From Chiloscyllium plagiosum (taxonomy: Eukaryota): 64,000 bases of DNA. Every line of letters starts with the position of its first letter. Positions within the stretch are counted from its first letter, which is position 1. The notes below the pieces were generated by a model that worked only from the letters and a program-made list of their open reading frames with translations, had not been told where the DNA came from and did not search any database. Below, piece by piece: positions 14,401 through 29,400 of this stretch. The position numbers and the translations under genes were made by a program. The stretch covers positions 46,550,558 through 46,614,557 of the forward strand of contig NC_057714.1 of assembly GCF_004010195.1 (NCBI RefSeq). The letters are read 5' to 3'.

Positions 14401-17400
14401 TCCGTGAGATCTAAGCTTGCTAACCAGTCTCCCGTGGGGAACCTTGTCGAATGCTTTACTGAAGTCCATATAGATCACATTTACTGCTCTGCCCTCATCA
14501 ATCTTCTTTGTTGCTACTTCAAAAAACTCCATCAAGTTTGTGAGACATGATTTCCCATGCAAAAAGCCATGTTGATTATACCTAATCAGTCCTTGTCTTT
14601 CCAAATACATATACATCCTGTCCCTCAGGATTTCCTCCAACAACTTGCCCACCACCGACATCAGGCTCACTGTTCTATAGTTCCCTGGCTTGTCCTTATC
14701 ACCTTTCCTAAATAGTTGCACCACATTAGCCAACTTCCTGTCTTCCGGCACCTCACCTGTGACTATCGATGATACAAATATCTCAGCAAGAGGCCCAGCA
14801 ATCACTTCTCTAGCTTCCCACAGAGTTCTAGTGTATACCTGATCATGTCCTGGGGATTTATCCACTTTTATGCGTTTCAAGACATCCAACACTTCCTCCT
14901 CTGTAATGTGGGCATTTTTCAAGATGTCATCATCTATTTCCCTACATTCTATATCTTTCATGTCCTGTTCCACAGTAAACACTGATGCAAAATACTTGTT
15001 TAGTATCTCCCCCATCTCTTGTGGCTCCACACAAAGGCGGCCTTGCAGATTTTTGAGGGACTCTTTATCTCCCAAGTAACCCTTTTGTCATGTCCCCTTT
15101 GTGCCCTCCTGTTTTTCCTCTTAATTATACTCCTACTGCCTTTATACTCTTCTAAGGATTCACTCGATCTATCTTGTACATATGCTTCTTTCTTTTCCTT
15201 AAACAAGCCCTCAATTTCTTTAGTCACCCAGCATTCCCTAAACCTACCAGCCTTTCCTATCACCCTAACAGGAATATACTGTCTCTGGATTCTCGTTATC
15301 TCATTTCTGAAGGCTTCCCATTTTACAGCCGTCCCTTTACCTGCGAACATCTGTCCCCAATCAGCTTTTGAAGGTTCCTGCCTAATACCATCAAAATTAG
15401 CCTTCTTCCAATTTAGAACTTAAACTTTTAGATCCGGTTTATCATTTCCATCACTATTTTGAAACTAATAGAATTATAGTCTCTGGCCCCAAAGTGCTCC
15501 CTCACTGACACCTCAGTCACCGGCCCTGCCTTATTTCCCAAGAGTATGTCAAGTTTTCTCTAGTAGGTACATCCATATACTGAACCAGAAAAGTATCTTG
15601 TACACATTTAACAAATTCCTCTCCATCTAAACCCTTAACACTCTGGCAGTCCCAGTCTATGTTTGGAAAGTTAAAATCCCCTACCCTATTATTCTGACAG
15701 ATAACTGAGATCTCCTTACCAATATTGAAAAAATAGACACAAATTGGGTGTATCTGCCTGTGGGGCAATTTGAACAAGAGGTCATAGTTTTAGACTACAT
15801 GGTTGGGGGGGTATAGATTTAAAACAGAAATGAAGAGGAATCACTTCTCTTGAAGGTCCTGAGTCACTACACCAGATTGTGGTAGACAATAGGACAGTGA
15901 ATAAATTCACGTAGGAGATAGGGAGATTTTTAAATTAGTAATGGGTTGAAAGGTTATGGGAACCAGACAAAAATATAGAGTTAAGGCAGAGATGAGATCA
16001 ACCATGATTGTATGAAATGATGGAGCAGGTTTGAGGGTGTGAATAGCCTACTCATGTTCCTAGTTCTTATGTTCTTATATAAATACTGTGGCTATAAAAG
16101 CAGGCCAGAAACTAGGAATTCTGTGGTGAGCAAACTGTATCCACAATGTGGTCAACAATAGACAAATTATTTCCCCAATGCTGCCCTCCATCTACAAGAC
16201 ACAACTTTGGAGTATAATGGAGTACTCTCCACTTGCCTGGATGGGTATAGTTTAAATAAATGGTAAATACATGGAATAAGCTGCCAGATGAAGTGGTTTG
16301 GGTGGGTACAATTAAAACATATGAAAGGCATTTGGACAGATGCATGGATAGGAAAGGTATAAGAGGGATATGGACAAAAGCAGGCAAATGTCAGCATGGA
16401 TGAGCCTGCTTCTGTGCTGTATGACTCTATTACACTCAAAAAGCTTGATGCCATCCAAGACAAAATATCCCACTTGATTGGCATCCTATCCACCATTTTC
16501 AAATTCATATCAACACTCAGTAGCAGCAGCATGTACAATTTACAAGATGCACAGCAGAAATTCATCAAGGTTTCTTATAAAGCACCATCCAAACCCACGA
16601 CCATTTCCATTCAGAAGGACAAGTGACAAGTGCAGCAGATACATGGGAACATCATCACCTGAAACATCCTCGCCAAGCCTCTCATCATCATGTCTTGGAT
16701 GTTCCTTCACTGTTACTGGGTCAAAGTCCTGAAACTCTATCCCTGAGGGCATTGTGGGTTAACCCACAATACGTGGACTGCAGCAGTTTAGGAAGTAGTT
16801 TACCATTACCTTCTCCAGAGAAGTTAGAGGACGGCAGTAAATACTGACCAAAGCAGTGATGCTGTTATCCCATGAATGCACGAGAAAACATTCTCCAACC
16901 CAGCCATGCCCAATAAAATTGGAAAGTGCCATGTCTGCAGAAAAACTTGTAACTTTAATTTCTTGTGAAATGAGGGATTCCCAATCGAATGTGTCAGAAG
17001 AGTTTCTGAAAGGCTTTCCTCAACTTCAATGATGCACGAGCAAAGCTGTTAATGTTGACATTTTTCACCCATACTATACAGTCAAGAATTGGCCAATTAT
17101 CAGACTCTTGAGTTTTGACTAAGTGCAAAGTGACAGAGAGTTGAAATTCTGTTTTTTTAGTTTCTCCTGGGTGTATCCCAGTATACTAATTCATTTTACA
17201 GTGACCTGCCTAGGGAGACTGGAATTTCTCAGACCTTAAGGCAACCTGTGGGATTCAAACTGAAGTTGCATTCTTGATTTGATGTTACAGTATTTTTAAC
17301 AGGATTTTATGGTCACAGAAATCCTGTTCAGTTGGTTATCAATACCTGTGCTATTCTGTTACCTCCATTTCCTCTACTAATCAGATACTGATCTGGTTGT

Positions 17401-20400
17401 ATTGTTTTGTAATCCAGTTGAATTTTAAACTGCGTCATCATTCTTTAAGCATTAGTTACGAATTGAGATTCCCATTTGCTTTCAAACATGCTCTTACTCT
17501 GTCCATAACAATGAAGTGGGCTGATTTTGTGAAATGCCATCTCGACAGGTGCATCTCTTGTATCTCCAAATCTCACTTCACGTACAGGAAGAATGGCTTT
17601 GTCTGTCAAATATCCTTTGTCTTGTCTCCAAACTCCATCATTTGCATCACAGTTGCATGTGGAAAGACCCAGGGCACAGTTGCCTGTGAAAAAAAAAATC
17701 GCTAAATTTTTTTAGCGCCACATCATATCGAAACAATTTGCCACTTAATAAGATTTAGCATTTTTAAATATATATAAGTCTACGTGGGTGTCCTAACATG
17801 AGTCCTAAACATAAACTACAGTCCTAAACATAAACTACAATTAACCATTCGGATGCTCACTAACCAGATGAGTAAATGTAATACAATCCAGTTGACATGT
17901 TGTTTCTAGCTTTTACATGGCTTGAAACTGCTTCAAATGATTATACTTTTTTCAACTGCTGGGGCTTGAAAGCTATTCCAGTTAGATTCCAGCATATCTT
18001 TTTCAATCAGAATTCTTACTTCTGACTGTGGACATTTCCAGGACTTTAGGAAAACTTGCCAGCAATATGAAGTTGGGGGAGTGGACCGGGAACCTTTAAA
18101 AAACTCAATATTTCAAGAAATTCTCCAATTACAGATTTGAATTATGTCTGAGGGTCAAGAATACACCACACATTACCTTTGCAGCACCAGTTGGAACATG
18201 AATACAAAAGCAAAGGGGAGAGATGTATTAAATTTACAACATCGGAACAAGTTGTAAAGAATGAAGATGACAGCAATTTGCATTTTCATCATGAATTTGA
18301 CATAAATTACATTTCCCAAGGTGATTGGAAACAATACATGGCAGTAAGACATATAAGGAGACATTAGGTCAGATGACCACAAGCTTTGTTAAAGAGGTAG
18401 ATTTTCAGGATGGTCTTAAAGGAGGAAATTTTAATAAAGAGGCAGAGAGGTGTACAAAGGGAATGCCAGAGTGTAAGACCTGAGCAGCTGAAGATATTGC
18501 CAGCAATGGTGGAACAATTGAAATTGGGATGTTCAAGAGTGAAGAAATTGTTGACTACAGATATCTTGGAAGATTGTGGGGCTGGAGGATTTTAGAGAGA
18601 TGGGGAGGGATGAGGCCATGGAGGGATTTGAAAACAAGTTGAGAATTTCAGAAAGAAGACATTGCTGTAATGTGAGCCATTGTAGGTCTACAGCCACAAA
18701 GGTGATAGGGTAATACATCCACAGCAGAGTTTTGGATGACATCATGGACATTATGTTGAGGTTGCACAGGAACTGGTGAAGCCTCTTCTGGAATACTGTG
18801 TCCAGTTCTGGTCACCCTGTTAGAGGAAGGATATTATCAATGTGCAGAGGGTTCAGAAGTGATTTGCCAGGATGTTGCCGTGAATTGAGAAGCTGGATTG
18901 GCTGAGCATAGGAGGTGACCTTGTAGAGGTTTATCAAATAATGAGGTGTGTGAATAAGATATGGTAGTTGTCTTTTCCTTCAGTGGGACATTCCAATATT
19001 AGGGGGCATATTTTAAGGTGAGAGGAGAAAAAAATTAAAATGTCATGAGATCCAATATTTTTACAGAGTGGTTCATGTTTGGAATGAATTTCCAGAGGAA
19101 TTGGTGAATGTGGTTACAGTTACAATGCTTAAGAGATATTTAGAAACATAAATGAATAAGAACTGTTTGGAGGAATATGGGCCAAATGCAGGCAGGTGGG
19201 ACTCGTTTAGTTTGGGACTATGGTTGGCATGTATGACTAACTGACTGTGTGACCTCAAGTCTACATAATATGACTTGAACGACTCATGTCTAGATGTAAC
19301 ATAGATTGTAATGCGGGGACCATCAGTAGATACACAGAGAAGTGAACCAATAACATGCAGGTGGAAAGCGATGGTCCTAGTGATGGTGTGAGTATTTAAT
19401 TGAAAAGTCATCCCCAGTAAAATACTGTATAAAGTCTGTGAAGAGTCTGGTTTAATCTCAGGCTATTGCCTCGGAGACATGGACATCAGTAATGATAGAG
19501 CTTGAAGGGGGCTCGTTTCAATCTTTCCAACATTTAATTAGAGGAAGGAAGAAGAAGCAAAAGACTGACTGGCATTTATTTTAAAAAAGGGAGTGTTTCA
19601 GGTTCAGTAACAAAAGAGAATTCATCTGTTTTTAATCATTAATGTACAGTGGTTCTTACCATTCTCCCCACAGGCACATTTTCCACTGTCAGTTGAAGCT
19701 CCACCCCAGGAATTTATTTTACGCCCATCACGAGACACCCACCAACCCCAATGCTGCTTAAGAAAACGGATATGGCGACATTCCAACTAAGCAAAACAAG
19801 AAGTAAAATATTGTTAATTGGCTATGTTCCTATGAACGTTGCAGAAGTTAATGAGTTGTTACTTTCTCTATCTGTGCTCTTGTACGGTTTATATTACTAT
19901 CCCTGATCCATCACTGGCCTATTGAGAGTCAATCTGGAAAACAGATCTACACAATCATACTTGAAGGTACTTTAACTCTTCAAGTACCAATGTGGTCAAG
20001 TTTCCTACAAGAGACAATTGTACATTGTAAGTAAATGCTTTTAATACATCAAAGATTGGCACATCTATGTTCAGAACCTATCAATCATTGCTACATTTCC
20101 CATTTGATGTCGCCTTATATTTAATTACATAGTGTGTTTTGTCTTTTCTTTCCACCTCTTGAATAGAATGGAAATAGAGAAATAGAAGAATGAATCTGTG
20201 GACTTCATTTTTTAAAAAATTAACACATAACATATTTCATCAGGTAGAATTAGAAAACAGTACAAGTAAAGCATCCTTTCTTAAAATGGGAAAGATTCAG
20301 GCAGAATGTGACAGCCTACCTAGCTGCACCATCCTTCCAAGCAGGTGAGCTTGCTGGAGGGTGTGTAAAATTCAGGTGGGATACCTGGACAGGATGTGCC

Positions 20401-23400
20401 TGGCATCAATCTACCTCCATGATTATTTTACCAGCACTGGAGTAGCTGACAGGCAGTGCACAAAATCTTGAGTCATTGATGGTAACCATTTAATGGTGAC
20501 AAGGCCCTCAGGTATGCCTGCCTTAGGACTCGGTGGGAACTTCCACCTGTTTGGGAACCCTGTATCCCAAAGAAGGAACTCCTTCTAGTGGAAAAGATTA
20601 CCTTGTTCAAATTTGCATGCCACCTTGGCCTCCCCTCCACCCTGGCTGACTGGTCCTGGTGAGGCTGCCCCATTAATGTTGAACTCCAAGCCTCAGCAAC
20701 AAACTTACCTGAGGTGTGACTGCAGTTCTAGCAGTTGCCACTGTTTCTGGTGGCACTGTTGGGACTAGTGAGCTGCCAGTCATCTGATTTGCCAGCATGT
20801 TTGGAACCTCCCAGATGGGGGCAAAAGCAACTCACTCAGGCCACCAAATCTCTATGACCACAAAAATTGTTTGTGGCTTTCTTGCCAGTGAGTGGGGCCA
20901 CTGTATAAAGTTCGACCCAATATTGTAGCACCAAAGTCGTTCCTGATTTTAACAAATCATAAGCTGGAAATTAAAGCTACCAGCCCAGGGACACATTATT
21001 TTTAATCCTTGCATGGGATGTGGACGTCACTGGCAAGGCCAGCATTTACGATGCATCCTTACATCACCCTGAACTAAGTGGGTTGCTAGGCCAGCTCAAA
21101 GTCAGCCATATTGCTGTGGTCTGGAGCCACCTGTACGTCAGATGGTAAGGACAGCAGATTTCCTTCCCTTCAGGACATTAATGAATCAGATGAGATCTTT
21201 AGAAAGTCAATGATTGTTCATGGTCAACATGACATGGACTGCCTTTATATTGTAAATTTAATTATTGAGCTTAAATTTTACCAGCTGCCATGGTAATTGT
21301 TTCAACTGTTGGCTCTCATTCAGTGATATTACCATTAGACCAGCACCTTAATCATCTTTCTGAACTGACAAGTGTCTAAAAGTTAACATTTCTTAAAAAA
21401 AAAAATTTAAGGGAGGGTCAGAGTGGATCATCCTGATGGTTGAAAGCATGTCAACCAATGGCAGAGTCAAGGAAGTGGGGATTGATTTGAAAAGTCAAGT
21501 CTCAATAATTGGCTGATTTCAAACAGCTCATGCAAATATATGAATTAGGTATAGTATGAGATCATTCAGCCCCTCTGAGCCTGTTCTATCATTTAGTAAA
21601 ATAAATGTTGATCTGATTGTGGCCTCAACTCTACTGTCCTACCCATTCTCGATACTGTTTTACTCACTTGTCAACAATCTACCTATCTCTAAAATTTCCT
21701 TATCTTTAAAGAATTAATAACCCTGCTTCCACACTTCTCGAGGGAGCAGAATTCCAAAGACAGGGAAAAAAATTGATCCTCATTTCCGTCCTAAATAAGC
21801 AAGCTATTATTTTTTAAACTGTGTTCCCTAGTTCTAACACTTCAGTAAAAAAGTTGTTGCCTGAGTGACAGAATCTAAATGTAAGTAAGACAAAAGAATA
21901 ACTAAATTGAGGATTGTGGAAAAACATCGATGTATTATCATTCAATAATGTTATTGTAAATCGGAGATAAGAGAAAATGAAGCAGATTGAAAATTGATAA
22001 GGGTAGACTTTCATTTTCACTCTTTATGTGACAATCTGTTTTGACAGGGGACACAAAGGTATCTGTTGGACTTTTTACATTATTTTCACAATTATTCCTT
22101 TCTAAGTATAATTTTTTTTTTCATTTTGCAGAACAACTAAAATACTGAAATGAGACAAGAATCTAGCATGTTCATTTTTTTTTTGCATTACCTATGACTA
22201 AGAAAATGATTATCACGATGTATCAGTTACTTACACTGATATATTGCTTACAGTACTTTGATGTCTCAGTTAAAGCCTTAAGTTGATCTAAAGATGCCTG
22301 ATTGTAATGTATAGCTCGAGAATAGCACCCAGCATCTTCACAGGGAGATACACGGATTCGATCCTCTGAATCGTGACCGATTATGGTAATACCTTAAAAA
22401 AAGAGATTGTAATTTTCACTAAGCAGCTTGTTCACTTAAATATGAAATTGTTAGTTCATTAGTGTTCAACTCAGACTAGTATGAATTTGTGTTCACTAAT
22501 GAATTAATTCTTAAAGATTAAGATGATGCATTCACTTCAACACAAATATCTGATACATTATTATTCTTGACTGAACAGTTCCACCAGATGTCCCACCATT
22601 TCAGTGTTTTTGTACAGAAATTTTTACTGAAGTATAAATTTTGAAATGAAGCATCCCTCACTGGTACTCGTCCCAGTAAATGCACAGCTTGTAAATCACC
22701 TCCTTTTGTTGCAGCAGGGAATGGCAGAACCAGAAATGTGAATCATTTTTCTTTCAAATGTAACTGAACAAAACTTGAAAAAAACTTGAAGGAAAGTACT
22801 CATTGAAACAAAAACAGTTTGTGGTGTACAATTGGTTGTAGTGTACTCTTGTGGGAGATGAGAGAGTGAGTTACTGGGGCCCCAGCAGAAATTTATTTGC
22901 CACAGGGGAGGTGCCAGAGCACAGGAGGTGAGCTAATTTGCATGGGTGGTAGAGTGAGACCAGAGAACTATTGACCAGTGATTCTAATATCAATGTTAGG
23001 GAAATTATTGGAGAAAATAATGAAGGAGAAAATTAATCTCCATTTACAAGGCAAGATTTGATCAGGGATAATCAGCTTAGCTGGGACAGAGGGAGGTCAT
23101 GCCTAACAAATCTGTTTGAATGCTTTGAAGAGATAAGGGTATGCAGTTGATGTAATTTATATGGATTCCAGCAAAGCCTTTGAAAAGGTCCCACATGGGA
23201 GACTGATAAAGAAAGTAAAAGCACATAGGATCCAGAGTAACTTGATAAAATCGATCCAAGATTGGCTTAATGACAGGAGACTGAGGGTGGTGGTAGAAGG
23301 CTATTGGTGTGACTGGAGCCCAGTATGCAGTGACAAACCACAGGGATCAGTGCTGGGTCCCTTATTGTTTGTGGTAATCATACAAGATGGAGATAAGAAT

Positions 23401-26400
23401 ATGAGGGGATGATAAGTAAATTAGCAGATGACACAAAAATTGGCTGGGTGTTCGACAGTGAAGAGGAAGATGTTACGTTACAGGAGGATACTAACAGAGT
23501 GATCAGACGGACAGATCAGTGGCAAATGGAATTTAACCCTGACAAATGTGAGGTGATGCACTTTGAAAGATGGAACAAGACAACAGAGTCCTCAATGAAT
23601 GGCAGGACAGTAGGAAGTTCAGAGGAACAGAGGGATATTGCGTTGTTTGTCCACAAGACCCTGGAGGTGGCAGGACAGGTTAATAGGGAAATCAAGATGA
23701 CATATAGGACACTTGCTTTATCAGTCATGGCATAGACTTTAAGAGCAGGAAAATCATGTTGGAGCTGAACAAAAACTTTGGTTAGGCCACAGCTGGAGTA
23801 CTGTGGGCAGTTCTGGTCACCAGGCTGTAGGCAGGATGTACTGGACAGGGTGCAAAGGAGATTCAACAGGAAGTTAGATAGAGTGGAGCATTTTAGCTAT
23901 GGAGAGAGGCTGGAGAAGTTCACATCTTTTTCGAAGCAGAGAAGGTTGAGGGGGGAAATCTGATAATATTATGAGGGGCACAAACAGGGTGAACAAGGTG
24001 TCAATAACAGGTTGGCATAGATTTAAAGTGATAGGTGGGAGGGTTAGAGGAGATCTGAGGAAAATCCCTTTCACCCAAAGGGTTGTAGGGTCTGTAATGC
24101 CTGGGAGAGTAGTTGGCACAGCAACATCGCAACCTTTACGAAGCACCTGGAGGAGCGTTTGAAGTTGCTATGGATTTAGTGCGGGCAAGGGGTACGTGTG
24201 TAGGTTGTACTATATTATTGGTGGTACAGACCTGATGAATCAAAGGGTCTCTTCCACACTTCACAAGTCGTTCTGGTATAACATGCAAATTGGCTAAAAG
24301 CTGACTGGGGGCAGATGTTCGCAGGTAAAGGGACAGCTGGAAAATGGTAAGCTTTCAGAAATGAGATAACTAGAGACAGTATATTCCTGTCAGGGTGAAA
24401 GGAAAGGCTGTAGGTGTAGGGAATACTGAATGATTAGATTACTTACTTAGAGTGTGGAAATAGGCCCTTCGGCCCAACAATTCCACACCGACCCTCCGAA
24501 GAGCAACCCACCCAGACCCATTCCACTACATTTACCCCTTCACCTAACACTACAGGCAATTTAGCTTGGCCAATTCACCTGACCTGCACATTTTTGGACT
24601 GTGGGAGGAAACCAGAGCACCCAGAGGAAACCCATGCAGACACAGGGAGAATATGCAAACTCCACACAGACAGTTGCCCGAACTGGGAATTGAACCCACG
24701 TCTCTGGCGCTGTGAGGCAGCAGTGCTAACCACTGTGCCATTGTGCCATCCATATAACTAAAGAAATTGAGGGTTTAGTTAAGAAAAAGAAGGAAGCATA
24801 TGTCAGGTATAGACAGGATAGATTGAGTGAATCCTTAAAGGAGTATAAAGGCAGTAGGAGTATACTTAAGAGGGAAATCAGGAGGGCAAAAAGGGGACAT
24901 GAGATAACCATGGCGAATCGAATTAAGGCGAATCCAAAGGGTTTTTACAAATATATTAAGAACAAAAGGGTAACTAGGGAAAGAATAGGGCCCCTCAAAG
25001 ATCAGCAAGGCGGCCTTTATGTGGAGTAGCAGGAGATGGGGGAGATAGTAAACGAGTATTTTGCATCAGTGTTTACTGTAGAAGAGGACATGGAAGATAT
25101 AGAAAGCAAGGAAATAGACAGTGACATTTTGAAAAGTGTCCATATTACAGAGGAGGAAGTGCTGGATGTATTGAAATGCATAAAAGTGGATAAATCCCCA
25201 AGACCTGATCAGGTGTACCCTCGAACTCTGTGGGAAGCTAGGGAAGTGATTGCTGGGCCTCTTGCTGAGATATTTGTATCATCGATAGTCACAGGTGAGG
25301 TGCCGGAAGACTGGAGTGTGGCGAACGTGGTGCCACTGTTTAAGAAGGGTGGTAAGGACAAGCCAGGGAACGATAGATGGGTGAGCCTGAGGTCAATGGT
25401 GGGCAAGTTGTTGGAGGGAATCCTGATGGAAAGGATGTATATGTGTTTGGAAAGGCAAGGACTGATTAGGGATAGTCAACATGGTTTTTGTGCGTGGGAA
25501 ATCACATCTCACAAACTTGATTGTGTTTTTTGAAGAAGTAACAAAGAAGATTGATGAGGGCAGAGTGGTAGATGTGATCTGTTTGAACGTCAGTAAAGTG
25601 TTCGACAAGGTTCCCCATGGGAGACTGATTAGCAAGGTTAGATCTCATGGAATACAGGGAGAACCCGCTCAAAACTTGGACACAGAACTGGCTCAAAAGG
25701 TAGAAGACAGAGGATTGTTTTTCACACTTGAGGCCTGTGACCAGTGGAGTACCACAAGGATTGGTGCTGGGTCCACTACTTTTCGTCATTTATATAAATT
25801 ATTTGGATGTGAGCATAAGGGGTATAATTAGTAAGCTTGCAGATGACACCAAAATTGGAGGTGTAGTGGACAGCAAAAAAGATTACCTCAGATTACAACG
25901 GGATCTTGATCAGATGGGCCAATGGGCTGAGAAGTGGCAGATGGAGTTTAATTTAGATAAATGTGAGGTGCTGCAATTTGGAAAAACAAATCTTAGCAGG
26001 AGTTATACACTTAATTGTAAGGTCCTGGAACACATTGCTGAACAAAGAGACCATGGAGTGCAGGTTCATAACTCCTTGAAAGTAGAGTCTCAGATAGATA
26101 GGATAGTGAAGAAGGTGTTTGGTATGTTTTCCTTTATTGGTCAGGGTATTGAGTACAGGAATTGGGAGGTAATGTTGCAGCTATATAGGACATTGGTTCG
26201 GCCACCTTTGGAATATTGCATGCAATTCTGGTCTCCTTCCTGTCGGCAGAATGTTGTGAAACAAAAGTTTAAGCGATAAAAGTTAAGGAGATGATCATCA
26301 CTGACAGCTCAGTGTGAGGCTGGGTAAGGATGGAGTTGCTGAAGTTTAAGTGGCTATAGTTCATAAGCTCGAGCTGTTTTCTGTTTGTATCATGCGTATC

Positions 26401-29400
26401 TTTTTCATTCGTGTGTTCGCCTATAAGCAATTGATAGGATGTGATTTCCAGAAGATAACAGTGAGGCCAGGAATGATACAGACCCAATAAGACTGAGAAT
26501 GTTTTGAAGCCAGTGTTATAATTGTCCTTTTAGAATTATGTATAAATATGTCTTGGAGAGAGAAGCTGAGGGACTTAGAGGGTGAGTGTGACTTCAAGCA
26601 TGTGTGTAAGAGAGAGAAAGAGAATGAGGAGTTTGATCTTCTCGTCGACTTGCTTGTAATAAAAATCTTTGGACTTGAAACATCTCTGACTCTAGGTAAG
26701 GCATTTGTTCCACAAAATAATCATCACTTGTTTTACCTGCTTAAAGACACCTCCAAGATCATTCTTAAATTTGCACACATCTTTTTCATATCAATTTATC
26801 ACAGGAATAGCCAAAAAACTTTCAATTTTTAAACATGACTGCAAAAACTAAACAATTGAAGAAGCCACTTTTTGACTTTTCAAAATTCAGATGGTGGAAC
26901 ACCTCGTCTCCAAAATTAGTATTTATGAGATCAGTTTTGCCCATCATGAAAGATAATGCTGACAATAATAATACAACAAAAGCCTAGAATCATGGTTATT
27001 GCAGCAAAATGTAACAGCATAGCATTGTCCCACAAACAGAAATGAGTTGAAAGCTGGTTAGTCTGTTTTGAGAGGTGAATATTATCCCAATATTGTATAT
27101 ACTTCCAGAAATTACAAAGGAAAATTGGAAATTTATGACCGTAGCTGTTTTGAAAAAGAATCACAAAATTAACTTTATCAACAAACTCATTTGACATTAA
27201 GCGGAATTTTACCTTGGAATTTCTTAATTATCAGTTTAACACCACACAATACTTGTAAAATAATGCGTGAAACATTGTAAACATGAATTGAAGAATGCTC
27301 CACAACTTCATTGCCAATGTTTGAAATATTAAATAAAAAGCTGGTTATGGTGGATTACTAACCTGTTGCTGGGTCAGAGACCATGTCACATTCAACAGGA
27401 AAAGGATCTACTCCACCATCCACACCATCAGGATCTATTGTGAAGACCCCAGACTTCAGAATGCCTGCACTTTTTAAGGCTGCACAGGATTCCATGACTG
27501 TGGCAAATTCAAAGTAAAATTTGAGGAATTTAATTTCATTGGACTGCTTTTATTTCTAAAAATGTAATCTAACATTATCAATTAGTATTCAGCTTCAGGT
27601 TGGCAAGGTTTATTTGTGATTATAATGGTTTGAAATTTCTACGCTAAATAGTTTCTCAGGTTCAATTTCCTTATCAATCTTGCGACCCCCATCCCTAAGT
27701 TCCTTCAACATCTTTTTTCTATCAAGGAATTCCTTGTGAGACAGTAAGTGCTCATCCCTTAAGTGTTGTTACTAACATGTACCACAAGAAATTCAGCACC
27801 AAGGAATAAAGTATATCTCATGTTAACATTGTCTCTCTCCACAGATGCTGCCAGACCTGCTGACTTTCTTCAGTGTTCTATGTTTGCTTATGCTTTTCTT
27901 GTTGCAGAACCAGCACCATAGGTCTAGTTTGTTCATGTTGCATAAATTTTAATTCATGGCAAGTTCAATCTTCCCTACAGATGTCCATTTATATGGTAAA
28001 CAGGAACAGACTACCGGGAGGAAACCTAATAAAGGCAGTATACATTTGTGTATTGAAGTACTCACTGAATAAGATCACAACGTGTGTCCACTCCACTTTT
28101 AAAAATTCAATGTCTGTGTCATGCAGTCAAGTTACCATGGTCTTAGCAGACTGTAGGGGTACTCTTTCATTATAGAGAGAGAGTGACACACAACCAGTAG
28201 TAGTTTAACCTGAGGATCACCACAGGTAAGGGAGAGTTTGAGAACGAGAGTCCTTCATAGTAACCTCAGCAGGTGCAGAAATTTAATCCACACTGTTGGC
28301 GTCATTTTGTGGTGTAAACCAACTGTCTAACTAACTGAACTAAACTGACCCTCCCTGTGTCATGCGATGCTTAATCTAAACATATTTACATGATTTATTT
28401 TTACATCAAGGAACAAGAGAATTATTGTTTTTTAACCTTGTTTTTATAAACCCATCCTTTATCCCAATAGTAAGGTGTGAGTATCAAATCTCGGAAGTTG
28501 GCAATATGGTATGACAAACAACTCACCTTGGCAGATGACTGCGGCATGTTCATTGCTTGAACATTTACCAACCCTTCTGATATCACAGTCCTGCAGTACC
28601 ATTTCATCTCCTTTGCATTTAATACAAGGAATTGTTTGTGAAGTATTTTGCTGATTCACATCAACCCTGAGAGAGAGAAGGCACTATTAATTTCCAGTAC
28701 CATAAACTGTCCATCACAAATAAAGCTCATGTAATCGTAACTAATATATCAGTATGGATTGAGGATTGGATTACAGACAGAAAACACAGAGTAGGAATAA
28801 CTGTATCATTTTCAGGGTGTCAGGCAGTAACTGGTCAAGTAGAGTAAGGATTAGTGTTTGAGCCTCTGTTGCATTTATGGGCAGAATTTTTGGGGGTCTG
28901 AGTGAAATGGGCCATGGCAAGATGAGTGATAGAATCACATCAGAGGTCTAGTGAGACCATCTCAAATTCAAAGATGAGTGTATTATATCCACATTTGCTG
29001 ATAATACAAAGTTAGGCTGGAAAGTAAACTGTGGGGAGGATGCAAAGTAGCTTAGAAAAATTAAATGAGTATATAAATATGTAATAGTTTAAATTTAAAA
29101 TAGGGAAGTATGAAGTTATCCATTTTGATAAGAAAAATATGAAAATAAAATACTTCTTAAAGCAGCATTGTATAGAGAGGGATTTGGGTGCCCTTACATG
29201 CAAACCGCAAGCATTTAACATACAGGTTATGGCATGATTTGTTTGCCCTGCCCATTGCCTATTTAATTACTGGTGGGACACGGGTGATGCTTACTGGCCA
29301 GTATTTATTGCCTGTCCCTTGTTGCCCTTGAGAAGGTTGTGGTGAGCTGCCTTCTTGGACCACTGCAATCCATCTAGACCCACAATGCAGTTAGGGAGCG

